Below, in pieces: positions 39,482 through 49,387 of a stretch of 64,000 nt of DNA. A model generated the notes under the pieces. It made no database searches. It was not told the origin of the DNA and was given only the letters and a program-made list of their open reading frames with translations. How positions within the stretch are numbered: the first letter of the stretch is position 1; each line of letters opens with the position of its first letter. Source of the stretch: an uncultured Candidatus Saccharibacteria bacterium (lineage in GTDB: Bacteria; Patescibacteriota; Saccharimonadia; Saccharimonadales; 2-12-FULL-41-12); assembly GCA_964404795.1 (NCBI GenBank), contig CAYOLI010000001.1, forward strand, positions 140,137-204,136, written 5' to 3'. A program made the translations under genes and the position numbers.

Positions 39482-40440
39482 TGAACAGTTTATTCGCAGG
39501 GCTGCCAAGACCTTTTTTGGTTTTGGCGCCAATGGATGACGTTACGGATACCGTTTTTCGTCAAGTTATTACAAATACTGCCCCCGCCGATTTATTTTTT
39601 ACAGAGTTTGTAAATGTCGATGCACTTCAAAGCAAGGGCAGAGAGTCGGCCATAAAAAAGCTAAAGTTTTCACCCCAAGAGAAGCCCTTAATTGCTCAAA
39701 TATGGGGAAAAGTTCCCAAAAACTTTTATCAGTCGGCTCAAGAAATAGTTGAAATGGGTTTTGATGGAGTAGATATCAACATGGGTTGTCCTGATAAAAC
39801 GATTGTGAAAAATGGTTGTTGTGGAGCACTTATAAAAAACCAAGAGTTAGCAAGTGAGATAATAGATGCTGTAAAAAATGGAGTAAACAACCGTTTACCA
39901 GTTAGTGTAAAAACAAGAATTGGCTTTGCGAATTATGATGAGGACTGGTTAAAATTTTTATTTGCAAAAAAACTTAACATGTTAAGTATTCATTTTAGAA
40001 CCGTAAAGGAAATGTCAAAAGTGCCAGCTCGTTGGGATCTAGCAGAAAAAATTGTATCGCTAAAAAATGATATCTCCCCCGATACTACTCTAGTAGGTAA
40101 CGGTGATGTGTTAAGTCGTGCAGGGGCAGAAGAAATAGCAGAAAAATATAATTTGGACGGTATTATGATAGGTCGTGGAGTATTTTCTGACCCTTTTGTA
40201 TTTGCAAAACAATCCGAGTGGAATAGTTTTGCTCCCGAGAAGCGAATAGCGTTATTCAAAGAGCACGTCGAGCTGTTCGACTCAACTTGGCAGGGAAATG
40301 AAAGAAAAATACAAACACTTAATAAATTTTGTAAAGTTTATATTAGCGATTTTGATGGCTCAAAAGAATTAAGAGCCCGACTAATGCAAACCAAAACAAC
40401 CGACGAGATACTACAGATTTTAGGAGAGCAAGTTAATTAG
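39478..40440 (+). CDS. tRNA-dihydrouridine synthase
   Basis: LAPMDDVTD, INMGCP and VSVKTRIG motifs. Confidence 0.85.
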   Translation: MMNSLFAGLPRPFLVLAPMDDVTDTVFRQVITNTAPADLFFTEFVNVDALQSKGRESAIKKLKFSPQEKPLIAQIWGKVPKNFYQSAQEIVEMGFDGVDINMGCPDKTIVKNGCCGALIKNQELASEIIDAVKNGVNNRLPVSVKTRIGFANYDEDWLKFLFAKKLNMLSIHFRTVKEMSKVPARWDLAEKIVSLKNDISPDTTLVGNGDVLSRAGAEEIAEKYNLDGIMIGRGVFSDPFVFAKQSEWNSFAPEKRIALFKEHVELFDSTWQGNERKIQTLNKFCKVYISDFDGSKELRARLMQTKTTDEILQILGEQVN

Positions 40441-40750
40441 GGTATTTTGCTCCCCATTTTGCCATTTGGCTCAATATTTTTTGGAGGTCTTCCCCTTTTT
40501 CTGTTAGGACAAATTCGTAACGTGGTGGTTTTTGGCAATAACATTTTCGTCTTATTACCTTTTCAGCTTCCAGCATATCGATACGCTGGCTGAGAGTTCT
40601 GGGGCTAATACCTTTCAGGGAGGTTTCTAGGCCCGAGAAAGTTGCAGGCGAAATAGATAAATCTCGCAGAATTAATGGAGTCCATTTATCGCCAATGACA
40701 TCTAGCGAACGTTTGATACATCCTGGTTTTGGCTCTAAAGTTTTAGTCAT
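40433..40750 (-). CDS. HxlR-family transcriptional regulator
   Basis: D.IGDKWT.LILRDL and the ~105 aa size. Confidence 0.85.
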   Translation of the reverse strand: MTKTLEPKPGCIKRSLDVIGDKWTPLILRDLSISPATFSGLETSLKGISPRTLSQRIDMLEAEKVIRRKCYCQKPPRYEFVLTEKGEDLQKILSQMAKWGAKYPN

Positions 40751-40832
40751 GTTACTATTATAATCGAAAAAACAACTTTACAAAATATAGTTTGTCACTA
40801 TACTAAGTAAAGTTAACTAAAAAAGGAGAAGT

Positions 40833-41402
40833 ATGAAACCAAAAATTGGGGTTATTATTGCCAGTAATCGCGATGCTAGGATTGGGCATGCCGTTGCTAC
40901 GTGGTTTATGGGAATTGCTAAAAAGTATACAGAATTAGAATTTCAGTTGATTGACCTGCAAGAAGAGAATTTGCCATTTTTAAACGAACCCAAATTGCCT
41001 GCAGAGGGTAACTATCAGCAAAAATCTACGATTGCGTGGTCGAATAAGATTAGCCGGTTAGATGGTTTTGTTTTTGTGACACCAGAGTATAACCATGGTT
41101 ACCCTGCTTCTTTAAAAAACGCGGTAGATACCTTATATAGGGAGTGGCAAAAGAAGCCAGTTGCTTTTGTAGGGTATGGTGTACTTGGCGCAGCTCGGTC
41201 AATTGAGCAAATGATTGCAGTTGTGTCGCAGATTGGCATGGTGCCACTTGGTAGTCGAGCTATAAACATAATTAACTCTAGTGAATTTATCGATGATAAA
41301 GGAAAAATAAACCAAGACATCATAAAAGGTTCGAAGCCAGAATACCTATTTAGTGAGCTTGCCTGGTGGGCGAAGTTGTTAAAATCGGTCAGAAGTAAAT
41401 AA
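40833..41402 (+). CDS. NAD(P)H-dependent FMN reductase family oxidoreductase
   Basis: IGVIIASNRD....., FVTPEYNHGYP. Divergent from the HxlR gene, which is a common pairing. Confidence 0.8.
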   Translation: MKPKIGVIIASNRDARIGHAVATWFMGIAKKYTELEFQLIDLQEENLPFLNEPKLPAEGNYQQKSTIAWSNKISRLDGFVFVTPEYNHGYPASLKNAVDTLYREWQKKPVAFVGYGVLGAARSIEQMIAVVSQIGMVPLGSRAINIINSSEFIDDKGKINQDIIKGSKPEYLFSELAWWAKLLKSVRSK

Positions 41403-41445
41403 TAACTTAGTAGCTAGTGAGATGTTGTTGTATTACTATTAGTTT

Positions 41446-43044
41446 ATGCGTAGACGCATTTTTGCAGTTTCAATTTTCATAGTATTAGCAATTTTTACGA
41501 ACAATGCACTAGCAGAGTCGCCAGTAAGTTCTGAAAACATCGATAGTTTTGATAGCCAGATTTTCATTAGCCCAGAAAATGTGGCTAACATTACAGAAAC
41601 CATTGTTTATAATTTTGGTTCTAGCGTTCGGCACGGTATTTATCGAGATATACCATACGATTACTCTGGAAGTAACGGGGAAAAGTATTCGTTAGCAGTA
41701 GAGTTTTTAGGAGCGACTAACCAAGACGGAAAGAGTGTCAAGTCCGAAACGAGTCGCACAAGCGGCAACTTTAGAATTAAGCTGGGAGATCCAGACAAAA
41801 CTGTAACCGGCAAACAGGTATATACCATTAAGTACAAATTGTGGCCAGTCGTAACTCAAAAGGATGGCAGTGGTTTTGTAAACCTTGACATTGTTGGTAC
41901 CGGCTGGCAGGTGCCAATTAATCGCGTTAGCGCAACTCTAAGTTTTTCTGGGAGTGCCACGCTCGGCAATTTGGCTTGCTTTAGTGGTAAGCAGGGTTCT
42001 ACCAGCCAGAATTGTTTTTTGCGAGGAGGCAAAGTAGAGGCCGTTAACTTACAGCCGTACGAAGGGCTAACAATTAACGGGACATTACAACCCGACTATA
42101 TTACCGGAAAGTATTTAGAGCCAGGCAAATCGCGCCCTCTAACGAAAGACGATTATATAGGCATAGCAATTCCAGTTTTGATTGGTGTGGTTTTTGGAGC
42201 GTTTGGTCTGGTAAAACTTTTGCGGACCCTGCGCGAGAGAGGTCGTAAAAAACATCAGACAATAATTGCTGAATACGAACCTCCAGAGGGACTAACTCCT
42301 GCCCAAATAGGGCATTTAATAGACGATAAATCGGGAACTACCGAAATAACTTCGATGTTAGTTCACATGGCGGTGAAGGGATATATAAAAATTGAGCAAA
42401 CGCGGCCAAAACGACTCTTTTCAAAGGCAAAATATTCTTTGCATAGGGTTAAAGAGAGTGATGAAGGGCTTGATTTGAATGAGAAATCGCTTTATTCGGC
42501 GATATTTGAAGATGCGATTGATAACGTTATGGAAGTTGATCGACTAGATAAGTCAAAAATGTCGGTTACAACCAAGGCAATTTATTCTAGCATCGAAAAA
42601 TCACTGCGCGATAAGGGGTATTATGGAAGTTTTTTGAGTGAGCCGGGTATTGTTGCTAAACTTCTTGATTCTGGGAACATGACTGACGAGGGTGCTAAGG
42701 AGTGGGCAAAAGTTGAAGGGTTTAAACTGTACCTGAGCGTGGTAGAGAAAGATCGGCTAAAGTTTAGCGATGCGCCAGAAAAAACACCAGAGTTATTTAA
42801 TCGTTTATTGCCATATGCTATTGCACTAGGAGTTGAGAAACAGTGGGCAAAACAGTTTAAGGGAATAGATGTTTCTCCTGCAACAGATTGGTATGTGGGG
42901 TCTTATGCTGGTTTTAGCGCAGGAAGCTTGGCTAGCGATATTGGTAGTAGTTTTGCAACAGTCGTCAGTAGCAACTCTAGCGTTTCTAGCTCTGGTGGAT
43001 CTTCGGGTGGTGGTTTTGGCGGTGGAGGTGGCGGGAGCTGGTAG
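41446..43044 (+). CDS. DUF2207-family membrane protein
   Basis: Signal peptide, extracytoplasmic beta domain (I.SFDS.I.I......YRDIP), TM segments, and a Gly-rich tail SSGGSSGGGFGGGGGGSW. Confidence 0.7.
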   Translation: MRRRIFAVSIFIVLAIFTNNALAESPVSSENIDSFDSQIFISPENVANITETIVYNFGSSVRHGIYRDIPYDYSGSNGEKYSLAVEFLGATNQDGKSVKSETSRTSGNFRIKLGDPDKTVTGKQVYTIKYKLWPVVTQKDGSGFVNLDIVGTGWQVPINRVSATLSFSGSATLGNLACFSGKQGSTSQNCFLRGGKVEAVNLQPYEGLTINGTLQPDYITGKYLEPGKSRPLTKDDYIGIAIPVLIGVVFGAFGLVKLLRTLRERGRKKHQTIIAEYEPPEGLTPAQIGHLIDDKSGTTEITSMLVHMAVKGYIKIEQTRPKRLFSKAKYSLHRVKESDEGLDLNEKSLYSAIFEDAIDNVMEVDRLDKSKMSVTTKAIYSSIEKSLRDKGYYGSFLSEPGIVAKLLDSGNMTDEGAKEWAKVEGFKLYLSVVEKDRLKFSDAPEKTPELFNRLLPYAIALGVEKQWAKQFKGIDVSPATDWYVGSYAGFSAGSLASDIGSSFATVVSSNSSVSSSGGSSGGGFGGGGGGSW

Positions 43045-43161
43045 TTGCCTACGGATTTTTTGTGGATAAAATATTTTAGTATATACCCTATCTTATAATA
43101 TAATAAAAATCGTAAGCGTATTCACACGCCTTTGTGGGCGTTGGTAAGAGTATTAGGGTAA

Positions 43162-46100
43162 ATGAATAAACAAATAAAGAAGGATAGTCAAGGACAAGCC
43201 AATAACCTTGTTGGCATTATCTATAAAAGATGTATGTTCTTGATAAAAAAGACGTTTACTTTTTTGGACTTTTTTGCAGGGATTGTTTGGGTACAAGCTG
43301 AAAAAGCATTAGGTTTCTTCTGGAAATACGTAAAAATACTAACGGCAAGGGCTAGGGTTTTTGCACTTATCTTGGCAAGGTTGACATTGCTGTATACAAA
43401 GAGAATATACAAAGCATTGCACCATCATTTGGCATATAGACCACACGTGCACTTGTCTAATAAATATCAGAAATATAACGCTTGGCATGAGTGGGATAAA
43501 CACAAGATAGTACATCTCGCAGTGTTTGTCTGCTATGCGATAATTGTTGGTGCCTTCGTAATTAGTTCTTATCAAAGAGTGTTAGCGCTTTCCGATTTGT
43601 TTAATAACTGGAATTTTAGCTCTCCTGGGGATTACACACTAGATTCAGGGGTAGAGACGAGTGGCAGTAGTGTTCGACTAAAGGCCCAAAACTATATCAC
43701 CGATGGTGATACGAAGGCGCTATATCATCTAGACGAGACGTCGGGTACAAATGCCAGCGATAGTTCGGGCAGCGGCAACGATGCAACCGTTAATGGTGGA
43801 TCGTTTGCGGCCGGCAATCTCAACAATGGTCTAGCGCTCAATGGGTCTAGTGGATTGGCTGTTGCTCCCGACACACCATCCCTCTCGTTGTCTCAGACAA
43901 ATACTTTAGAAGCATGGACTAAGTTTTCGTCTAATTTTAATGCTGGAAGCCACGAACATAAACAAGGAGTAATAGATAAAGGATCTTATAAGCTATATTA
44001 CGATCAAGAAACAGGTAAAGTGACTTACGAATTAGCAAATAACTCAGCTAATACATGGACTCAGCAGGCAGGTAACGACATAAAAGGTAGCTGGGATTTA
44101 AACGGCAAGCCGATAATTAATGACCAAGTAATAATTGCTGGCAATTTGTATGTTGGTCTTGGCAATGCAGTGGGTGACGCTGAGGTCTGGAAGTGGGATG
44201 GCAGTACCTGGACAATGGTAGGAGGAGATGGAAAAAATAGTAGTTGGCCTGACCAGACGTATGAAAATGTAAAAAGCTTGGCTGCTAATGGCAATACTTT
44301 ATATGCTGGGCTGGGTTCGACCGTTGGTGATGGGGAAGTTTGGAGCTGTAATACTGCAACCGGATGTACGACCTGGACCAAGATTGGTGGCGATGGTATT
44401 AACAGTAGTTGGCCCGTGAATGTGTACGAAGAGGTTAGCTCGATGGTTACTGTAGGAGGCAATTTATATGCCGGACTTGGCCTGAGCGCCGGTGATGGGG
44501 AAGTTTGGAGCTGTAATACTGCAACCGGATGCACGACCTGGACCAAGATTGGTGGCGATGGCATTAACAGCGGTTGGGGCTCAGAAATTGAAGCGGTATA
44601 TTCTCTGACAACAGATGGTTCAAAGATATATGCTGGACTGGGTAATACGACTGGTGATGCAGATCTGTATAGCTGGAACGGAAGCGCCTGGACCAAGATT
44701 GGTGGCGATGGCATTAACAGCGGTTGGGCTGCTAGCACATACGAATATGTGTTTAGTTTGCGCTATTTTGGTGGTAACTTATACGCTGGTTTAGGCGCAA
44801 CAGCTGGCGATGCCGAGGTCTGGCGCTGGAATGGCAGTACCTGGACTCAGATTGGCGGGGATACGCTAAATTCGTCTTGGGATGCAACCTCCTATGAAAT
44901 GGTTTATAGCTTGACCGATGATGGCACTAATTTATACGCAGGACTAGGTAATACGGCTGGCGATAACGAGGTATGGCGATGGAACGGCAGTGCCTGGACC
45001 AAGATCGGCGGTGATGGAGTGAATGGTAGTTTTACAAACACTCACACTATTGTGCAAACGTTAGTGTATGGAAATGGAAAGCTGTATGCGGGGATTAGTG
45101 CAGCGTCTAATAATGCCGAAGTTTGGAGTTGGGACGGCAGTACTTGGACTCGTTTTGGTGGAGGATACATTAACAAAAGTTGGGGTTACTTTAACCTTCA
45201 GGATGTTGAGACAATGACGGTCTCTGGTGATTATTTATATGCAGGTACTGGGTACACTGTGGCCGGAAATGCACAGGTTTGGAGGTTTGATGGTAACTCA
45301 TGGGAAATAGTTGGTGGACAGGGATTAAATGGTAGCTGGTCACCGAGTACTTATGAGAACGTACTGAGTATGATAAGTGTTGGGGGCAATTTGTATGTTG
45401 GTTTGGGCACAACGGTAAATGATGGGGAGGTCTGGCGCTGGGATGGAAGTTCTTGGACTCAAATTGGCGGGGATGGCTTAAATAGTGGTTGGGGCGCTAG
45501 CTATGAAGAGGTTAGCTCTTTGGCTACCTACGGGGGGTATCTTTATGCGGGGCTTGGTAACTCGGCCAATGATGCTGAGGTCTGGCGCTGGAATGGCAGT
45601 GCCTGGACCAAGATTGGTGGTGATAGCATTAATGGTGGCTGGACTACTAACTACGAGAGGGTTAGTTCCATGGCAATTTATAACGGACAACTTTATGCTG
45701 GTTTAGGTGTAACAGCTGGTGACGCCGAGGTTTGGAGTTGGAATGGTAGTACTTGGACCAAAGTAGGTGGCGATGGGGTAAATAGTAGTTGGAATCTGGT
45801 TTATGAACAAGTTGAGTCAATGATTGCGTACAATGGTAAGTTATACGCTGGACTTGGTAACAGTACCGGCGATGCCGAAGTTTGGCAATACGACGGCTCT
45901 AGCTGGTCGCAAATTGGTGGCGATGGGGTAAATAGCAGTTGGTTCGACGGACAGTTTGAGCAAGTAAAAACCATGACAGTTTATAACGGCAAGCTATACG
46001 CTGGTCTGGGCAACAGTGCTGGTGACGGCGAGGTGTGGGAGTACAGTGACGGTGCCTGGACAAAGGTTGGCGGTGGCGGGACAAACAGTAGTTGGGCGGC

Positions 46101-49100
46101 TAACGTTATAGAAACCGTACAAAGCTTTAGTGTATATAAGGGGAAGCTCTACGCAGGGCTTGGTAATACCGCGAATGCAGATGCGTCTGTTTGGTCGTAC
46201 GGCAATAATGGCTTTTTACAATCAACAACAACCTCTCAAGATACCAACTGGCATCACATTGCTGCAACTTATGATGGCATCACGATGAAGTTATATATTG
46301 ATGGTAGCTTGAATGCGCAAACGTCTGCTTCTTTATCTATGCCTGATTCGGCCGAGCCATTACTGCTGGGTTCAACTTTTGGGGCCTCAGAGGCAGGGTG
46401 GTCTCAAGGGTATTTTGAGGGCTCAATAGATGAGGTAAGGATTAGTAGTGTTGCCAGGAACGCTTTCACATCGAAACCGTACAAATCGACGGCGCAGACT
46501 GTTACGCTGAACACCCCAGTTCGCACCAGTGGAGTGTGGCATTGGGACGATCTAACTTCTTCCGAAACACTAAATGGTGGATCGATAACTTACCGTATTT
46601 CGGATAACGGGGGTACTACCTGGAAGTATTGGGATGGTAGTAGCTGGGCTACCTCGGGAAATAATACCGAAGCGAACTCAATCTCGGTAATTAGTGCACA
46701 TATTGGGTCTTTTCCCGTTACCTTTGATGGTATCAAATGGCAAGCAATTTTGAAGGGCGACGGTACGCAGCAAGTACAGTTAAATACGGTTGGACTTACC
46801 GCAACCTCGGACCTAACAGAGCCCACTACTAATGCGGCCAATATTGTTGGCTTTAAGGCATATTCTGGCTCTGCTTTAGCAAACAATGCTTGGACTAATG
46901 GTAGCTCTCCTTACTTCTCATGGGACGCAGGGGTAGATACTGACTCTGGAATTAAAGGATATTGTTTGTATCTAGGCACAGACAATACGGCCGATCCAGT
47001 TACTACCAAAGGTGTACTTGGGGTTAGTCCTGTTTCTACTGGCGGTCATTGCCAGTTTATTGTCGCACCAAGCAATATAGATACGGCAGTATCTGGATAT
47101 ATTGCTTCGCCCCTAGCTTCCTCGAACAATCCTTATTACTTAAATATTAAAGCCATCGACAATGCCGGGAACGTAGCTAGTAGTACTACGCAGTTTCAAT
47201 TTAGGTTTGACAATACACCTCCCTCGAATCCTACATACATAACAGCCCCTTCTGGGTTTATTAATACCAAAGACGTAACACTAACATGGCCAACTACTGG
47301 AGGAGACGCCCCAGCAGACGCTAATTCTGGCGTTGCAGGACTACAATATCGAATCAATGGGACTAGTTGGTATGGTGATTTACACACCGGGTTGGGTGAT
47401 ATAAATGATTTATTAACTAATGACGGCGCATACACTACAGCAGTTTCTCCTGATTATACTAATTTGAATGATGGTATTAATACGGTTTACTTTAGAACAT
47501 GGGATCAAGCGGGTAATGTAACAAGCTCTTATGTGACTGCCGCAGTTAAGCTCAATACTTCCGGAGCTCCTAGTGAGCCCCAGAATTTGATTGTTTCGCC
47601 TGTTACCAACAACACTAATGCATTTTCTTTCAGTTGGCAGGCGCCAAATACTTTCGTGGGGGACGCAAATAATATTACGTATTGCTATACGATTAATAGC
47701 TTGCCGTCAGTCAGTAACTGTACATTTACAGGTGCTGGAGTTACTTCTCTTGGATCGGGCCCTTATGCTACTCAGCCAGGCCAGAACACTTTGTATTTGG
47801 TCGCTAAAGATGAGTCGGGCAACATTAACTACGCAAGTTATGCATCAATCAATTTTACAGCTAACACCCCTTCTCCTGGCATGCCAACTAACACCGATCT
47901 TGTGGATGTTTCCATAAAGACAACTAGCAATTGGCGGTTAGCACTTACATGGGACCAGCCCTCTTACGTAGGTGCAGGTATAGCGAGCTATAAGGTGTAT
48001 AGATCGACAGATAATATTAGTTTCTCGTTTGTTGGTAGTAGTTCGAGCACAACCTACATAGATGCCGGTCTTAGCCAGCAAAGGTACTACTATCGGGTAG
48101 CTGCTTGTGATAGCACCAATAACTGTGGTGCTTATGGAACGGTGGTCAGCGGGATACCGACAGGTAAATTTACCAGCCCGGCCATTCTTGTTTCGGACCC
48201 AGTGGTATCGAATATTACCACCAAAAAAGCTACTATTAGATGGAGTACCGACAGATCAAGCGATTCAAAGATTGCTTTTGGAACATCCAGTGGGAACTAT
48301 AGCCCGTCAGAGGTATCAATATCGAATCAGACGAGTTCACATCAAATAGAGCTAACCAACTTAAGCGCTGGGACCACTTACTATTTTGTGGCTAAATGGA
48401 CTGACGAAGATGGTAACACTGGCGTTAGCCAAGAATATACCTTTAGGACTGCTCCAGCGCCTACTCTTAAGGAGATATCTGCAACACAGATTGGGCTATC
48501 AAATGCAACAATTGGCTTTACCTCGAAGGACGCTACAAAAATAGACATATTTTATGGTAAGAGCGAAGGATTTGGGGGTGTAAAAAGTATTAATACTTCG
48601 CCATATGAGTCAACCTACGCAGTTGATATTGTTGGGCTTGAAGATGGGTCGAAGTACTTTTATAAATTAGTTGCGCACGATAGCGAGAATAATACTTACG
48701 ATGGAAGCGTAGCGTCCTTTACCACTCCTGCAAGGCCACGTATTAGCGACTTGAGATTTCAGCCGATAACTGGCGAGCCAACCAGCACCCAAGAGGTTAC
48801 GTGGAACACTAATGTTCCTTCGACGTCTATGGTCACCTATGGTAAAGTTGGCTCCGTTGGTGTTGATGTCCTTGATTCAGGATCTGTTACTCAACACAAG
48901 ATAATATTAAGAAACCTAGAAGATGACAGCCAGTATTTCTTGGTGGCCCAAAGTCGAGATAGTGGCGGTAATTTGGCAATTTCAGATAGACAGGAATTCA
49001 AAACTGCCCTAGACACAAGACCACCTAAAATTAGTGACATAATAATCGAGACATCTATTAGAGGAACTGGAGCCGAGGCCAGAGGGCAAGTTGTTGTATC

Positions 49101-49383
49101 ATGGAAAACTGATGAACCGGCAACCAGCCAGGTTGGGTATGGCGAAGGGTCAGATGTAAAGACATTTAATAACAAAACATCAGAAGATGAAGCTCTTGGA
49201 ACCGAACATATTGTAATAGTTTCTGATTTGCCAACATCAAAAGTTTATAGCATTCAGCCACTTTCAAAAGATAAATCGGGCAACCAAGGGGTTGGTGATA
49301 GTCAATCAGCTATTATTGGTCGTGCCTCCGACAGCGTACTGACGATAATTCTTAATGCTCTGCAAAAGGTATTCGGGTATTAG
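43162..49383 (+). CDS. Giant (2073 aa) membrane-anchored surface protein: LamG-like, 14 propeller-type repeats, Fn3-like arrays
   Basis: Uninterrupted 6.2-kb ORF. One TM at about aa 115-136. LamG_3-like motifs (LYHLDETSG...DSSGSGNDAT and WHHIAATYDG...GSIDEVRISS). At least 4 C-terminal Fn3/PAP-N-like modules (ATIRWSTDRSSDSKIAFG..., EVTWNTNVPSTSMVTYG..., VVVSWKTDEPATSQVGYG...). Confidence 0.8.
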   Translation: MNKQIKKDSQGQANNLVGIIYKRCMFLIKKTFTFLDFFAGIVWVQAEKALGFFWKYVKILTARARVFALILARLTLLYTKRIYKALHHHLAYRPHVHLSNKYQKYNAWHEWDKHKIVHLAVFVCYAIIVGAFVISSYQRVLALSDLFNNWNFSSPGDYTLDSGVETSGSSVRLKAQNYITDGDTKALYHLDETSGTNASDSSGSGNDATVNGGSFAAGNLNNGLALNGSSGLAVAPDTPSLSLSQTNTLEAWTKFSSNFNAGSHEHKQGVIDKGSYKLYYDQETGKVTYELANNSANTWTQQAGNDIKGSWDLNGKPIINDQVIIAGNLYVGLGNAVGDAEVWKWDGSTWTMVGGDGKNSSWPDQTYENVKSLAANGNTLYAGLGSTVGDGEVWSCNTATGCTTWTKIGGDGINSSWPVNVYEEVSSMVTVGGNLYAGLGLSAGDGEVWSCNTATGCTTWTKIGGDGINSGWGSEIEAVYSLTTDGSKIYAGLGNTTGDADLYSWNGSAWTKIGGDGINSGWAASTYEYVFSLRYFGGNLYAGLGATAGDAEVWRWNGSTWTQIGGDTLNSSWDATSYEMVYSLTDDGTNLYAGLGNTAGDNEVWRWNGSAWTKIGGDGVNGSFTNTHTIVQTLVYGNGKLYAGISAASNNAEVWSWDGSTWTRFGGGYINKSWGYFNLQDVETMTVSGDYLYAGTGYTVAGNAQVWRFDGNSWEIVGGQGLNGSWSPSTYENVLSMISVGGNLYVGLGTTVNDGEVWRWDGSSWTQIGGDGLNSGWGASYEEVSSLATYGGYLYAGLGNSANDAEVWRWNGSAWTKIGGDSINGGWTTNYERVSSMAIYNGQLYAGLGVTAGDAEVWSWNGSTWTKVGGDGVNSSWNLVYEQVESMIAYNGKLYAGLGNSTGDAEVWQYDGSSWSQIGGDGVNSSWFDGQFEQVKTMTVYNGKLYAGLGNSAGDGEVWEYSDGAWTKVGGGGTNSSWAANVIETVQSFSVYKGKLYAGLGNTANADASVWSYGNNGFLQSTTTSQDTNWHHIAATYDGITMKLYIDGSLNAQTSASLSMPDSAEPLLLGSTFGASEAGWSQGYFEGSIDEVRISSVARNAFTSKPYKSTAQTVTLNTPVRTSGVWHWDDLTSSETLNGGSITYRISDNGGTTWKYWDGSSWATSGNNTEANSISVISAHIGSFPVTFDGIKWQAILKGDGTQQVQLNTVGLTATSDLTEPTTNAANIVGFKAYSGSALANNAWTNGSSPYFSWDAGVDTDSGIKGYCLYLGTDNTADPVTTKGVLGVSPVSTGGHCQFIVAPSNIDTAVSGYIASPLASSNNPYYLNIKAIDNAGNVASSTTQFQFRFDNTPPSNPTYITAPSGFINTKDVTLTWPTTGGDAPADANSGVAGLQYRINGTSWYGDLHTGLGDINDLLTNDGAYTTAVSPDYTNLNDGINTVYFRTWDQAGNVTSSYVTAAVKLNTSGAPSEPQNLIVSPVTNNTNAFSFSWQAPNTFVGDANNITYCYTINSLPSVSNCTFTGAGVTSLGSGPYATQPGQNTLYLVAKDESGNINYASYASINFTANTPSPGMPTNTDLVDVSIKTTSNWRLALTWDQPSYVGAGIASYKVYRSTDNISFSFVGSSSSTTYIDAGLSQQRYYYRVAACDSTNNCGAYGTVVSGIPTGKFTSPAILVSDPVVSNITTKKATIRWSTDRSSDSKIAFGTSSGNYSPSEVSISNQTSSHQIELTNLSAGTTYYFVAKWTDEDGNTGVSQEYTFRTAPAPTLKEISATQIGLSNATIGFTSKDATKIDIFYGKSEGFGGVKSINTSPYESTYAVDIVGLEDGSKYFYKLVAHDSENNTYDGSVASFTTPARPRISDLRFQPITGEPTSTQEVTWNTNVPSTSMVTYGKVGSVGVDVLDSGSVTQHKIILRNLEDDSQYFLVAQSRDSGGNLAISDRQEFKTALDTRPPKISDIIIETSIRGTGAEARGQVVVSWKTDEPATSQVGYGEGSDVKTFNNKTSEDEALGTEHIVIVSDLPTSKVYSIQPLSKDKSGNQGVGDSQSAIIGRASDSVLTIILNALQKVFGY
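44100..46210 (+). repeat. 14 tandem in-frame ~50-57-aa coding repeats
   Basis: Consensus is (K/N)LYAGLGN(S/T)xGDAEVW(R/S)W(N/D)GSxWTKIGGDG(I/V)NSSW...YExVxS. 44326..44400 and 44491..44565 differ at only 2 of 75 positions by my reading. cctggaccaagattggtggcgatggcattaacagcggttggg recurs at 44537 and 44687. Confidence 0.9.
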
Positions 49384-49387
49384 TGAT

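Noticed and set aside
44061-44738. 225-aa antisense ORF, along with other minus-strand and off-frame ORFs such as 45191..45412, 45478..45690 and 47591..47917, inside the giant gene
   Set aside because: They are low-complexity Pro/Ser/Leu-rich translations of the reverse strand of a periodic coding repeat. They have no start context and lie entirely within a far longer ORF whose domain structure makes sense.
44100-46210. Regularly spaced near-identical DNA repeats that could superficially resemble a CRISPR array
   Set aside because: The period is about 150-170 bp, with in-frame protein repeats and no short conserved repeat alternating with unique spacers. No cas genes are in the window. The same reasoning applies to the 396-bp repeats at 8499..9690.
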